Source: Tubiluchus corallicola
Taxonomy: Eukaryota > Animalia > Priapulida
Direction of reading: 5' to 3'
Length of the DNA: 64,000 bases
Assembly: GCA_030141605.1 (NCBI GenBank)
Contig: JAQGDQ010000825.1
Span: 1-64,000 of the forward strand
Position numbers and translations under genes: made by a program. The notes under the pieces are model-generated. The model saw nothing but the letters and a program-made list of their open reading frames with translations. It was not told where the DNA came from and made no database searches. Numbering within the stretch: the stretch's first letter is position 1; every line of letters begins with the position of its first letter. Shown in pieces: positions 27,247 through 39,773 of this stretch.

Positions 27247-27649
27247 TTAAATCCTATCTAAGCCTACGCTTCCAGAATTCGATGCCGGATTAATTTTTTT
27301 CTGGATTGCAGACAGTCACCGTTATCAACACGCCATGGGCGAGTATTAACAATCCGGTGTTTTAAAAATGCAAGACGAATGAGTTCTGCCCCCGATGGAT
27401 TATTCTACGAGAATAGTTTTAAAATAGTGTATAAAACTAGAATCAGCATACAAATTGTAATTGTTACGTTTTATACTATTTGCAAGAGTCAAGTATAACC
27501 GACGGGTCAGATGCTAGTATCTAATGTCAATAGAGTTCATTCGGTAACGTGAGCCACAACACTTTGCCAGACAACTCAAAACAGTTAAGAGTTATGTACA
27601 CAATCAGTTAATTCCAAAGATTAAACGTATCACAGTACATGTACCGCTG

Positions 27650-28260
27650 AACTAACATTCATTCATTCATTCACGGTTGCCAAGAAATCGATCACATTTA
27701 CACACGATCCTACTATAATCGTAGCACGCGAGGAAGTGCTGGACAATCCTCCATACGAAAGCACATTCAATACGGGTGTGACGTCAGCACGATAAATGAC
27801 GTCACCGGAACACACCTATGGTCGCTAATACTTGAAATTCGTTTAGATTAGGAGCGCTTCGCGAGTACGTCCTGCACGATGCTTCCTCAGCTTCTTCCAA
27901 GTTACGAATGGCGTTTTAGCTGAGCAGAGATAGTGGATAAAACTCTTGCGACACTCAGGTGGGCGGATCACAAAGGTATCGGATTTTGTATGAAATCAGG
28001 TGGGCTGCTTAACAAAACGATGCGCCTCCCACGCACGGGAAGGCAGGATTACTCATGACGCCGGTGCGCGCGCATGCGCAATGCGCGCAGGCAGGTTCAC
28101 ACGCGACGGTTTCAGGAGAGTGAATGAATGAGATTCGTCTTAAGAGGAAGTGATTGTACGTAGGCTGTTTGACCTTTCAGGCTCACGATTAAAGTTATTA
28201 GTCGACCAGATTTTACACCTCCCACCCACTGCGTCCTCATTTATCGCGCCTAGTGGCAAA
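27650..28260 (-). promoter_or_regulatory. Intronic EGR promoter or enhancer
   Basis: CpG-rich; full CREs TGACGTCA at 27779 and 27797 (the latter abutting CCGGAA); EGR-type site GCGTGGGAGG 28025-28034; NRF1-type GCGCATGCGC 28070-28079; TGAATGAA octamers at 27658-27673 and 28121. Confidence 0.65.
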
Positions 28261-28679
28261 TGTCATGAAGCAATACTCATTTCAGACTCCTGCAGAAATG
28301 ATAGCAAAAGATACAAAAGTAACACTCCTTTATTATCAAGTCTTAAAAGGTTCGTTAAAGTTATTAGTACTTAAAAAGGAGTAATTATTAAGCTCTCATT
28401 CGATGGAAAATGCCAGCGTGGGTTTTGAATATCCACCTGTAGTCTTAGAGAAGTCAGAAGTGTCATTTTAGGTTATAAAAAAGTCAAAACATCAGTAACG
28501 CTTTTACATAAACGGGCGTGTAGTTGCAGGCATTAAGTACTTCTATGTACAAGTACGTTAATACGTTAATAATATAATGTTAAATATACGTATAGCTAAT
28601 ACGATTGTTAATATAATTGTAACGTTAAAATTATATCCATAATATGTGTGTGTATATATATATATATATATATACAATA

Positions 28680-29200
28680 ATCTTGCCATTAAAATACATT
28701 GATAATCACTGATAAAAACTTTACAGAGATGATCAATCAGTGTTAGTTAATAAAAACTTACACTGCTAAAGGCAAATGCGTCAGTGCAATCTAAACTACT
28801 GTGCAGTAATGGAAAGTAACGACGAATAAAATCAAACATATTTACAACTATGCACAAAAAATGAAAAAATTATGATTTAATTAATATGGCCGTGGATATA
28901 TCAATTCTGAGTTAGTGTGTATGTTGTCGTACTGGTGTGATGGTATTTCATATCTGGTTAATATTAGTGATTTTAATTTTGTTTTAAATGCTGATATGGA
29001 CTTGATTTGTTTAACCTGTAATGGTAGAGAATTCCAAAGTAGAATTGCTTGTTTGATTACAGAGTTCGTTCCATAGTGGGTATTTGTCCTAATTTGTTTT
29101 AGATTGCTTGTTCTGGAATTAACGATAGGATTTGGAAAAAAGGTAAATCTGTTATTCTGGAATGGTTTGCTGATGTTGTTAAGGTATTTAAACATAAAAA
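28680..29200 (-). mobile_element. CR1/L2-group LINE 3' fragment, related to 14343-14747
   Basis: ORF 28881-29195 RTNTHYGTNSVIKQAILLWNSLPLQVKQIKSISAFKTKLK...IYPRPY. Confidence 0.8.
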
Positions 29201-31010
29201 ACAGAGTAAAATATTCTTAATAAAATACATTTGCCACTATTAAAATTGTTACGTAATCTGCCAAGTTGCTAACTAACCTAAAACTGATATTTAACACAAT
29301 GACTATGAAGAACATTTGCATCTAGAGACCCAATTATGCATTTTAAAATAAATAATTAAGCATCATCCTGTAACGTTTCTGAACATTCAGTATTCAAGGA
29401 AGCAATGTAAATAAAACAGAACTAGGAAAAATTGTGTTCTAGCGGAAATTTACCAGGAAGGTTAATAGTACTACTTGTGGAGAAACTAACCAACAGGTTG
29501 CAACAATGCAGCTGCAAAGAATGACTCGTTCACGAGGAGGCTTACCCAAACCTAGGACTAATTAGGGCAAATCTATGGTACAATACAGTGGGGCTGTATT
29601 TTATAACAAACTAGATGAACATTTAAGGTTTAAATCATCTTTTAAGGCAGATAAAATTCATTCTTCTCCAAAAGATATTTTAAAATTTTTAAAAATATAT
29701 TTAAAAATTACAGTAGTTTTTAGATACTTAACATTAGTATTAATTTTTTTACTTATTTTCAGTCATTCGTAAAAATGTATGTTTAATTAAGTTTTAAAGT
29801 TGTTCTCCTGTATTTTATGCATCTGAAACGATTTTACTAATTAAATTTTAACGGTTAAACACAGATTTATTGAGTGGAATTTTAAAACTGATCTGTACTC
29901 TATGTCTTATTTTGCACTGTGTTTTACGGTTTGTTTAACTTACTACTCGTGCCTAATTTTGTTTATTTTCTGTTTTTATAGGATTAATTTTGCAAAAAAC
30001 TTTAACATGTTTAATTTACTACTTTTGTCTAACTTTTTCTTTCAGCCCGTATCTAATTTTACAAAGTATTTTATGATTTATCTGTTGTAGTACTTTACTT
30101 AGTTCTTAGTTTTAAGGTATTCTGTTCAATTTCGTATATATTAATTATTACTAACATGCCATAAAACACAACATGTGCTCCGTGTAAAAATAAACATCGA
30201 TTCTATTCTTTGTCCACTAGTGATCAGGCAGTGTAAAATGATAATAAAGAGACCCACGAGCCACTGCTTCCTTTCAGGTGTCATTAATGCATCATACTGA
30301 GTGCGTTTGTGGCACGTGTATTGGGTAGTAATATGCACAGCTGTTCATTGCAGAGAAACTAGAAAATTTCTGTGACGAGAGGAGGTCGTCACAATGTGCA
30401 GAATTCACATTTTGCAAATTTATTCTCATAGAAATGTTCTTTTCACAATGATATTAGGTATCATCATCATCACCATCACCATCATCATCATCGCCATACG
30501 CCCGTCACGTCTACATTGGGCAGGCAGAATTCTAAAATAAAAGAAATCTGCCTTCAGACAGGTAAACCCAGCAGTAATCCAGCAAAAAAAACTAGACACT
30601 GCTACGCGAGTGGCTTGTCAGCACCACTTCCGTTCAAGGTATTACAACACTGGTATTATATTAGGTAGCACAACACAGACTCGCTTAGTAGTGTCAAAAG
30701 CAAGACTTTTCTAGGTGTCAGATGCTTTAATTATTGGGTAGCTACTCAAGCATGTGTTACCGTAAGTTCGTGCCCACTCATGTTACGTGATATTAGCAAA
30801 TGAGAAAAACAGCAACAGTAGATATGATAGTTGCGCAATAAGCCGAATGATGATGTCACACAAAAGCTTCTATTTCACTTTGATCGCGTGTAAACATACG
30901 AGACGTCTCACGCCCACCCTTCATTGACAAGAAAGGAGTAAACAAAACCGCTATTTTGACAGGTAAACTTAATCGTCAAAAATGACGAAGTTGATGTCTT
31001 GGTGACATGA

Positions 31011-31790
31011 TCAGGGCCTATTTCGGGGGGGGGGAGTGGGGATATTTGCCCGGGGCCTCACCCTCCAGGGGGGCCTTGCGCTGAGGTAACATTTTTTTGC
31101 TTTATGCGAACATACTGCCTCCTCTCTCCCTCCTAACAACTGTATAACTCCATATTTTCTCTTCGAAAATGCTTCTCAGGCGTTCTAGCAGTTCAAAAAT
31201 TTTCTGGGCGCCAACCATGGTGGCGACGCCGCCCCCCCCCCTTACGTCACCTACGCAAGCGTACATTAGGGGAAGAAAATGAAATGTTAAATTACGTCTC
31301 AAAAAACGTTCTGTGAAAAGTTATATTACTTAGTATTTCTCTTACCTGCTGGAAAAACTTATGTCAGTAGAAATAATAATTCAAAATGTTTTCACCAATT
31401 ATTAAAATGTCACTGACTCACACTCCATGATGCGCCATTGACTAACCTAAAACGTACTTTTAATCTTATTGACAAGACACAGTAATTTAAGATTTTACTG
31501 AGTTAGTAACATGTGTGCTACGAATGCACTGATTATTTTTTAAATCTTCACGCAGTGTTATCTAAATGTTGTACCAAACGACCTACCATTATAATGACTG
31601 CACCTAACGGTCATCGCGGGAATTTAAATTTACTGCCGACGCAAGCCCTATGTGCAAAAGGAAAGTATGTAAGTGGCATATTTCAAGGCGAATTTGTTAA
31701 GCTTTATGTAAGTGGAGGGTTTTCCTGTGCTAACTGCAAACTTTACAAAACACTGACAGTACAGTAGCAAAAACTTACGGCCCCCATAGT
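31011..31790. mobile_element. Dispersed repeat, probably a degraded DNA transposon; inverted homolog at ~56460-57010
   Basis: Shared blocks such as CTTACCTGCTGGAAA, CTTATTGACAAGA and CCGACGCAAGCCCTA occur in reverse complement near 56.5-57.0 kb. Confidence 0.65.
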
Positions 31791-32732
31791 GGAAGCGTTG
31801 GAGCAAACCGATTACTTGAAAGCCTCTTTCTATGCTAGTCGACTCTATTACACACTATCACTTATTGATTTCTGTTAACCGTGAAACTTTGCAATCTCAT
31901 ATGCTTACGTAATGTAAAGCATGTTTCTGTTAATTGTGTCACGTCAAATGTATATATAGAGTAAAATATGTCATGTAAAATTTAATGTACTTTTGTAATA
32001 TTGTTCTGTAAAAATATTTTAATATGGTGTTTGTAAATGTGTTCATTTATTGTATATAATTAGACCTTGGTTTTGCACTTTAGTTTTCCTTAGTCAGCAC
32101 TGGACGCATTTGTCTTGAACAGTGTTGTTATCTTAACATTACGCTGAGGCTTACTCAATTTTATTATAATGAGTGAACCATTTTAATGACGAACAAAGAA
32201 TTAATAATAATAAATCTGTATTTTAACACAACTACACCTGGAAAAAGCCGTACTAATTTCATTTGCATTATGCAGCTGTACAGAGCTCTTCTTAACCTTA
32301 TCAGAGGGCACGGATAAAGCGTAATTCCTTTTCACGTTTTGTCAAAAGGATTGAAAATGTTACATCTTCTAGTCAATTTCATACACGACTGATTTTGAGC
32401 AAGGGAGACGCCTCGAGAAGGTATGCAGCAGCACTATTTGGCACAGGTGTGTGTACAAGTGGCTCAGTGCTCCCGCGCATGCGCATTACGGCTGTCAAAT
32501 AGATGTTTTCTATTTGATTTTACAAGTTGCTGTGGATATGCAGTAAAACTCCTTGCTGATTCGTTTTTTTCGATGATTTGTGAAAAGCAGCATCTGAATT
32601 AATTTCCCCTAAGATCACAAAAATTAATTTTCACAGACATTTCTTGTGAATGATCACGTTAACGTTTTGTGTGCCTGTTTCAAACTTAATTATTCTAGTA
32701 AACTAATTAAATTAGACCTTTAAATCGAGTTT

Positions 32733-33060
32733 GTACTCAGTAGTGAGTACTAACTGATACTCAGTAGTGAGTACCAACTGATACTCAGTAGCGAGTACTA
32801 ACTGATACTCAGTAGTGAGTACTAACTGATACTCATTAGCGAGTACTAACTGATACTCAGTAGCGAGTACTAACTGATACTCAGTAGCGAGTACCAACTG
32901 ATACTCAGTAGTGAGTACTAACTGATACTCAGTAGTGAGTACTAACTGATACTCAGTAGCGAGTATAACTGATACTCAGTAGCGAGTACTAACTGATACT
33001 CAGTAGCGAGTACCAACTGATACTCAGTAGCGAGTACTAACTGATACTCAGTAGTGAGTA
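32733..33060. repeat. 24-bp minisatellite (~14 copies)
   Basis: Unit TACTCAGTAG(C/T)GAGTACTAACTGA. Confidence 0.93.
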
Positions 33061-33490
33061 GTAATATCAAGGTTTTAAAGGACAAGTCAAGCCTTTTAGG
33101 AGGTTACATTTATTTCAATGTTCGCGAAAAATGTTAGAAAGATTTACTGATAAGACTGCAAACAGCGCCTCGTGTAATTAGCAAAATCACTTTAAAGTCG
33201 CGATCACTTCATACTTGAGTGCTCCTATTTTCAATGCCAATTCTTCTTTCAATGACGTCATACATCTTGAAGAAAAATAGCACACTATCAGTCTTCGCCA
33301 AAAGTTTTTACAAAAAAATAGATAACTAATTTTGTAATATTTTACATGAACATTAGGTAAGCTACACGAGTTTGAATTTCAAGTGAATGGCGGCAACCAC
33401 CACGCCTACAAATTTCTATTCAGAGGGTCTACATCTTAAATTTATGCTTTATAGGCAGTTTTTTGCAAATTTCTTGGTTCTATTTTTCAA

Positions 33491-34052
33491 AGTTTAAGCG
33501 ATAACAGTAAAATAAACCCAACATACTGAGTGACTTGTTCTTTCTTTTAGCACACCACAAACAGTTTAAGTGATAACAGTAAAATAAACCCAACATACTG
33601 AGTGACTTGTTCTTTCCTTTAGCAAACCACAAACAGTTTAAGTGATAACAGTAAAATAAACCCAACATACTGAGTGACTTGTTCTTTCCTTTAGCACACC
33701 ACAATCAGTTTAAGTGATAACAGTAAAATAAACCCAACATACTGAGTGACTTGTTCTTTCCTTTAGCACACCACAAACAGTTTAAGTGATAACAGTAAAA
33801 TAAACCCAACATACTGAGTGACTTGTTCTTTCCTTTAGCACACCACAAACAGTTTAAGTGATAACAGTAAAATAAACCCAACATACTGAGTGACTTGTTC
33901 TTTCCTTTAGCACACCACAAGCAGTTTAAGTGATAACAGTAAAATAAACCCAACATACTGAGTGACTTGTTCTTTCCTTTAGCACACCACAAACAGTTTA
34001 AGTGATAACAGTAAAATAAACCCAACATACTGAGTGACTTGTTCTTTTCTTT
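33491..34052. repeat. 72-bp minisatellite (~7.8 copies)
   Basis: Unit AGTTTAAGTGATAACAGTAAAATAAACCCAACATACTGAGTGACTTGTTCTTTCCTTTAGCACACCACAAAC. Confidence 0.93.
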
Positions 34053-34543
34053 AATAACGATAGGCTAATGAGGCAGCGAGGGATTTTGTGCAGGGCTATA
34101 GATGAACTGAACGATGAACTTCAGTTGCTAGGCAATAGTCCAGCGAAACGACACACCAACTGAAGCCTTTCTTACCTATTCTTGGTGTCCCCTAGAGAAT
34201 GCGATGTCGAGACAGTGCCATTGATTATTCTACTCATGCACTCGCTGACAAAAATAGACATTATATCTCCACACTACTACGTTCATTAGGGTCAATGTCA
34301 CATTCCAAACTTTTATGTTGCACTGAGCAGGTTTTCGTACAAATTTACAGCCTCCAGGGATCGGTTTCCTAGTTACATTTTTACGAACAATATCTTCGAC
34401 TGCTGTTGGCACGTTATTCCTACGTAGACATGTTGAACAGGACTGAAATCTTTAGTTTAAACATAATTTATTATAGGATTGGATGAGACAGTTTAAAAAA
34501 CATGATTTAGGATCCACAACAGACTATATACACTATTTACAAA

Positions 34544-34840
34544 AACATTTACAGTAAGAATAGACTATAACTACACAAGCTGACAAGTTTTACTACAAGA
34601 TTACATTAGACATTAGTAACATTTACAGTAAGAACTGACTATAACTACACAAGCTGACAAGTTTTAGCACAAGATTACATTAGACATTAGTAACATTTAC
34701 AGTAAGAATAGACTATAACTACACAAGCTGACAAGTTTTACTACAAGATTACATTAGACATTAGTAACATTTACAGTAAGAATAGACTATGACTACACAA
34801 GCTAACAAGTTTTACTACAAGATTACATTAGACATTAGTA
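34544..34840. repeat. ~74-bp tandem repeat (4 copies) downstream of a LINE remnant
   Basis: AACATTTACAGTAAGAATAGACTATAACTACACAAGC...ACATTAGT repeated four times. Confidence 0.88.
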
Positions 34841-34908
34841 GAAAATGACGGTTAGAAAGTATTAATGTACGAATATTTAAGACTGATGCATTTCATATCA
34901 GATAGAAA

Positions 34909-35180
34909 CTACTGGAAGCGTTTAGTACGTAATATAAAGTCATGTATACATTGGAATATTTTACAGTTAGCAACATAGTTAAATTCATCTTTTCCGAATA
35001 ATAACAACTTCAACAGATCATTAGTTCCTAAGGCAGCTATATTAAGGTTTTCGGGCAGAAGTATTTCATTTAATTTATCAAACATAACAACTCTAGTTTG
35101 TTGATACAGTGGGCAGTGCAACAAAAAGTGTTCAACAGACTCAAATCGAAATCCACAATTACAATTCGGCAATACCAAAT
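34909..35180 (-). mobile_element. Non-LTR retrotransposon ORF2 C-terminal fragment
   Basis: CNCGFRFESVEHFLLHCPLY...IHDFILRTKRF* is a Cys/His-rich LINE terminus. Confidence 0.8.
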
Positions 35181-35505
35181 GCCTGGTATCATTATATGTT
35201 ATGTTATTATTATGTTATGATTATAATTGTTGCATAAATATTTAACTGTTAATGTCTTAAACGTTGTCAAACTTTAATAGGATTGCTAAATCGTTCCAAT
35301 TCTCATTTCATGGTTCCACATTAGTTTTTTCCTGATAGCACGATAGTATGCCACGTGGTTTGGTTACTACTTTTCAGCCCGTTAGAGCAAAATAATTTCT
35401 TAGCCTAAAAACTAGTAAAAGTCATTTTAAAATTTAAAGTGTACTTCACACTAAGATTAATACACTTCGAAAACTTGAAATCTATATTGCAATTTGATGT
35501 GAGTA

Positions 35506-35586
<81 letters not shown>

Positions 35587-35778
35587 TATTATTATTGTTA
35601 TCATTATTATTATCATCATCATCATCATCATTATTATTGTTATCATTATTATTATCATTATTATTATCATTATTATTATTGTTATCATTATTATTATCAC
35701 TATCACTACCACTACCACTACCACTACCACTACCACTACTACTATTATTATGATCATCATCATCATCATCATCATTAT
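35506..35778. repeat. Compound (ATT/ATC/ACT/ACC)n microsatellite
   Basis: Read directly from the sequence. Confidence 0.92.
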
Positions 35779-36027
35779 CTGTCTACGTATGCAACAGTTG
35801 TTATGTAGCATAATTATAATAAATATGTTATGTTAACCTTTCTGTTTTCTGTTATGGCAATACAGGTACAGTATCACAGAATGCTTGAGCACACCTGTTA
35901 TGGACACATACATGTCATCACTTCAAATTGTGCCGTACAAGAACCTACGTAGTTGGGCCTACTTGCAGTGCTCATTTCGCCGAGTATTAACTTAAGGCGA
36001 TTAACTTATTAAAACCGCCTTATGTAA

Positions 36028-37112
36028 AGAATTACATGTTTGTATGTAATATACACGTCATATACGATGCATATCGTCCGATAAACCTGCAATATTTCAT
36101 GTGATTTTTGCGTAGTTTGGCACACTGCAAACCGTGCAAAATCCAGTGAAAGTGTGAGTCTAAATCACTGCGCTCATGGTTATGTCAGGACCGGACACTT
36201 TTCGTTATCAAGAATAATTTCCTAAGATAAGATGGTGAACTGGCTGAGGTACTACAGGCAGGTTTAGATGCAAATAACATCCTCCCTAATCCCTCCATGA
36301 GAAGAGTGATCGGAGAGGGCCATTACGAGAGCTAAAACTGTCCCAGAGAGGTTTTCGCTGCGTCAACTCATTCGCTTACTAACCAGGTTCCGCGCTGCTT
36401 CACTGCCAAACATATACTGTTACCACTCAGCCTGTCACTCGGGTGTTTTCTTCGCGCCAATAGAAATGTGCGTTACGGTCGCCAACACATGTACCAACTA
36501 ATTTTAATGCTGCTTAACTTCACTTCGGTTGTTTTAAATGTTTTTTGATACCGGCGTCGGAAGATGTGAGTCTACTTAGTTACTCATTAAAAATGACATA
36601 ATTATATTATAAGAAAGCAGCACTGCCAACACATTGAACATCTGTCACACTCGTGGTAACATATTGCGACTACTGTCAGCTATCATATTGATATATCATA
36701 TTATATTATATCATATTATCAGCTAGTACGTAATGTTATTCTATTATATCCTGTAATTGGAATTGGTTAGTAACGAATGAGTGACGCAGCGCGGAACCTG
36801 GTTAGTAAGCGAATGAGTGACGCAGCGAAAACCTCTCTGGGACAGTTTTAGCTCTCGTAATGGCCCTCCTCGATCACTCTTCTCATGGAGGGATTAGGGA
36901 GGATGTTATTTGCATCTAAACCCGCCTGTAGTACCTCAGCCAGTTCACCATCTTACCTTGGCAAATTACTCTTGATACTGGATTAAAATTTCACTGGATT
37001 TTGCACGGTTTGCAGTGTGCCAAACTACACAAAAATCACACGAAATATTACGGATTTATCGGACGATATGCATCGCATATGACGTGTATATTACATACAA
37101 ACATGTAATTCT
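36028..37112. mobile_element. Fold-back element / long-TIR MITE (arms ~330-370 bp)
   Basis: 36028-~36400 is the reverse complement of ~36785-37112 with few mismatches and one indel; TAA on both flanks (possible PIF/Harbinger TSD). Confidence 0.8.
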
Positions 37113-37597
37113 TAATCTAATTTTAACAATTAGGAAATAAGTTAACGAAAGTTTTAATTAGTTGGCTGCAAGTTACTGTAGTTAAACGAATCAAGAAATC
37201 AGACAAAAGTCTGACTAAAAAACTCAAAATTGCTTTATAAAGATTTCTCTCTCAACGCAGTAAATATTTATTCGTCTGACGACGCCAATTAGAAATTCAA
37301 GCTCATTTGTATTGAAGAGAAATTGTAAACATATTAAAACATGAGAAACTCATTAGTGTCAGAAGTAATGTTGTGCATTGCCTAAGCAACCTGGGAATTT
37401 TACAAAAGATTTCTTAGGGAAAATTCTAGTTGTGTTCAATATTTTATTAAGAACTAAAGAAAAGTTTTAGATAATAGACATGTAGATTTGTGCGTCGACT
37501 GGTGAGCGTACCTTAATCACGTTAATGTCTTATGTAGATCACAGTCGAGAGCATCTGACTAGAGAATTGTTTGTGAGTTCCCAAATATTGCTTAACC

Positions 37598-37949
37598 CAG
37601 TGGTTCCCAAACTTTCTCGGACCGTTACCCAAATCGGGAAACCCGGTCGTGTCCATTACCCCCCACCTAGTACTTCTCCAACTCAAAAAGTAAACACACG
37701 TATATGCCACAAGCAAGCAAAATTATTTATGTTTGCTCGTGACATAGAGAAATTTCCAGGTGTTGTTGTTGTATTGTTGCCAAAACAAGAATTACAATTA
37801 CTCTTCAAGTCTCTTCAAGAAGAAAACTACGTAAAATGCATTCCGAGCGAAGTTTTAAAAATTTTCAGAGGGGTGCCCGTTACCCCCCCCCCCCCAAAAA
37901 AAACATATTACCCCCGGGTGGTAATTTACCCCTACTTTGGGAACCACTG
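37598..37949. mobile_element. hAT (Charlie-like) MITE
   Basis: CAGTGGTTCCCAAA...TTTGGGAACCACTG; perfect 8-bp TSD GCTTAACC. Confidence 0.9.
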
Positions 37950-38782
37950 GCTTAACCTCACGTGGTTACATTATGATAACAGTTTCAAGTAGGTTGAGTC
38001 AAATAATAAGCACGAAAACGATATTAAATTAGAAAGTCAGAAAAAGCTCAATTTGCACCTCACTGACTGAGACTCGAACCCAGGCCTGCTGTAGTTTTAA
38101 CGAACATCGAGCACACCTACACACATTGCCTTACGTTACAGCTGGTCCCAGACATTATTTGTATTTTAAATAAGTTCAACTTCGTGTTCACTTTTCAGCT
38201 AGAGTCAAACTATTAATTAAATAAAACACGTGTATTATAAACTAACACATCCCAAGCTATATACTGCTCAAAGATAGTTTGTAATACATGCTAGACTAGT
38301 ACTGCTCAAAGTGCTAGTTTGTCTCACCATCTGTTTACCGACTATATGTGTAAGCCGCATTATATGCCAAGGGAAACACCGGAAATGCAGTATCAGTTTA
38401 TGCTTCCCAAGAGTCCTGGGAGTCCTGGACTCTGGCATAGTTTCGATAACTATTGAGAAGCTGAGAACACTGAAATGAATTATCAAATAAGACATAGGGC
38501 TACGCAATGCAATGCTAGCAGAGGTTCATTAACAGTGTGTAGTAGAGGTGTATTTGTGTTATATTATTAGTTGTATAGCTGCCCTCTCTGTCTCGCTCTC
38601 ATGTCACTTATAATGGCAGACCACTCACTCAAAACCCTGCTACTCGTTGTGAAATGTTTTATCCTGAGTCACACACGCACGCACGCACACACACGCACAC
38701 GCACGCACACGCACACACACACACACACACACACACTTTTAAGGTAACAACATTAATTTTTTTTAATTTGAAAAACGTTGGC

Positions 38783-38947
38783 AACTTTTTTATTAGGTAG
38801 AAGTTTGGACTAGTAACATCAGTGAAAAATTCCATGCTAAATTACAGGGATAATTTTGCTAATACTTCACTGTTTGTAAAAAACAACATTAAACATGGAA
38901 TTTTTCACTGATGTTACTAGTCCAAACTTCTACCTAATAAAAAAGTT
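38783..38947. repeat. Perfect 54-bp inverted repeat, 57-nt loop
   Basis: 38783-38836 is the exact reverse complement of 38894-38947. Confidence 0.92.
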
Positions 38948-39053
38948 TTAAGGGAAAACTGAAAAGGTTTTAGGAAAATCGCCTTAAAAATTGTATTACT
39001 TTACAGAAATTTGATGCATATATCGTACTCGCGTTGAATGGAATTTTTGTTTG

Positions 39054-39204
39054 TAAAGAATATCATTTAGTATTTCGTGTCCAAAGCTTGTGACTGCTCA
39101 AGAAATGGGCTTTGCTTGTAAAAAACAACATTAAAAATTGAAGCAAAGGCCATTTCTTGAGCAGTCACAAGCTTTGGACACGAAATACTAAATGATATTC
39201 TTTA
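39054..39204. repeat. 64-bp inverted repeat (1 mismatch), 23-nt loop
   Basis: 39054-39117 pairs with 39141-39204. Confidence 0.92.
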
Positions 39205-39308
39205 GAGAATGATCAATAGCCACATCGAACCACAGTCGCGTGACTCAAGTCTTCGCTAGCACTTGGTGAGTGCTTGGTAATATGTCTGGTAATGGTCTGA
39301 TCTAAGAC

Positions 39309-39773
39309 CAGGGTGCATAAGATTATGGATATGTATAAAATAAATAAAATAGCTTATTTTATGGATTTTTGAAATTTTGTTTTATGGATATCAATAAAAT
39401 AAGAAATAGACTATATCTGGAATGAGATGCGCAGGGGGAAATCAATTAAAAAGGAAAAACAGGAGTACTTGAAACGTGTTTTTAAACACGCAGAACTTTA
39501 TATCACTTCAAATTTAATCAAATTTTACGAGACAATGGCTGGGTAAAACAGCAAATCCGGAAATGCGCTTTTGTTGGTTTGTTTTCTTTCTCTTTCTCTC
39601 CTTCTAACGTTCGTTTTCAGTGTTGCCAATGCTTACATCTCGTTACTTTGTACAAAAAATCACAAAAAAAATATTTTTTTATTTTATGCATTTCTTATTT
39701 TATGGATTTTTCAAATTTTATTTTATGGATTTTTGGTCTCATTTTATGGATATCCATAATCTTATGCAGCCTG
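39309..39773. mobile_element. hAT MITE with subterminal TTTTATGGAT repeats
   Basis: TIR CAGG(G/C)TGCATAAGATTATGGATAT; perfect 8-bp TSD TCTAAGAC. Confidence 0.9.

Noticed and set aside
33480-34028. Repetitive Cys-rich ORFs (also LVLATEYQ repeats at 32712)
   Set aside because: Translations of 72-bp and 24-bp minisatellites, interrupted by a stop or frameshift
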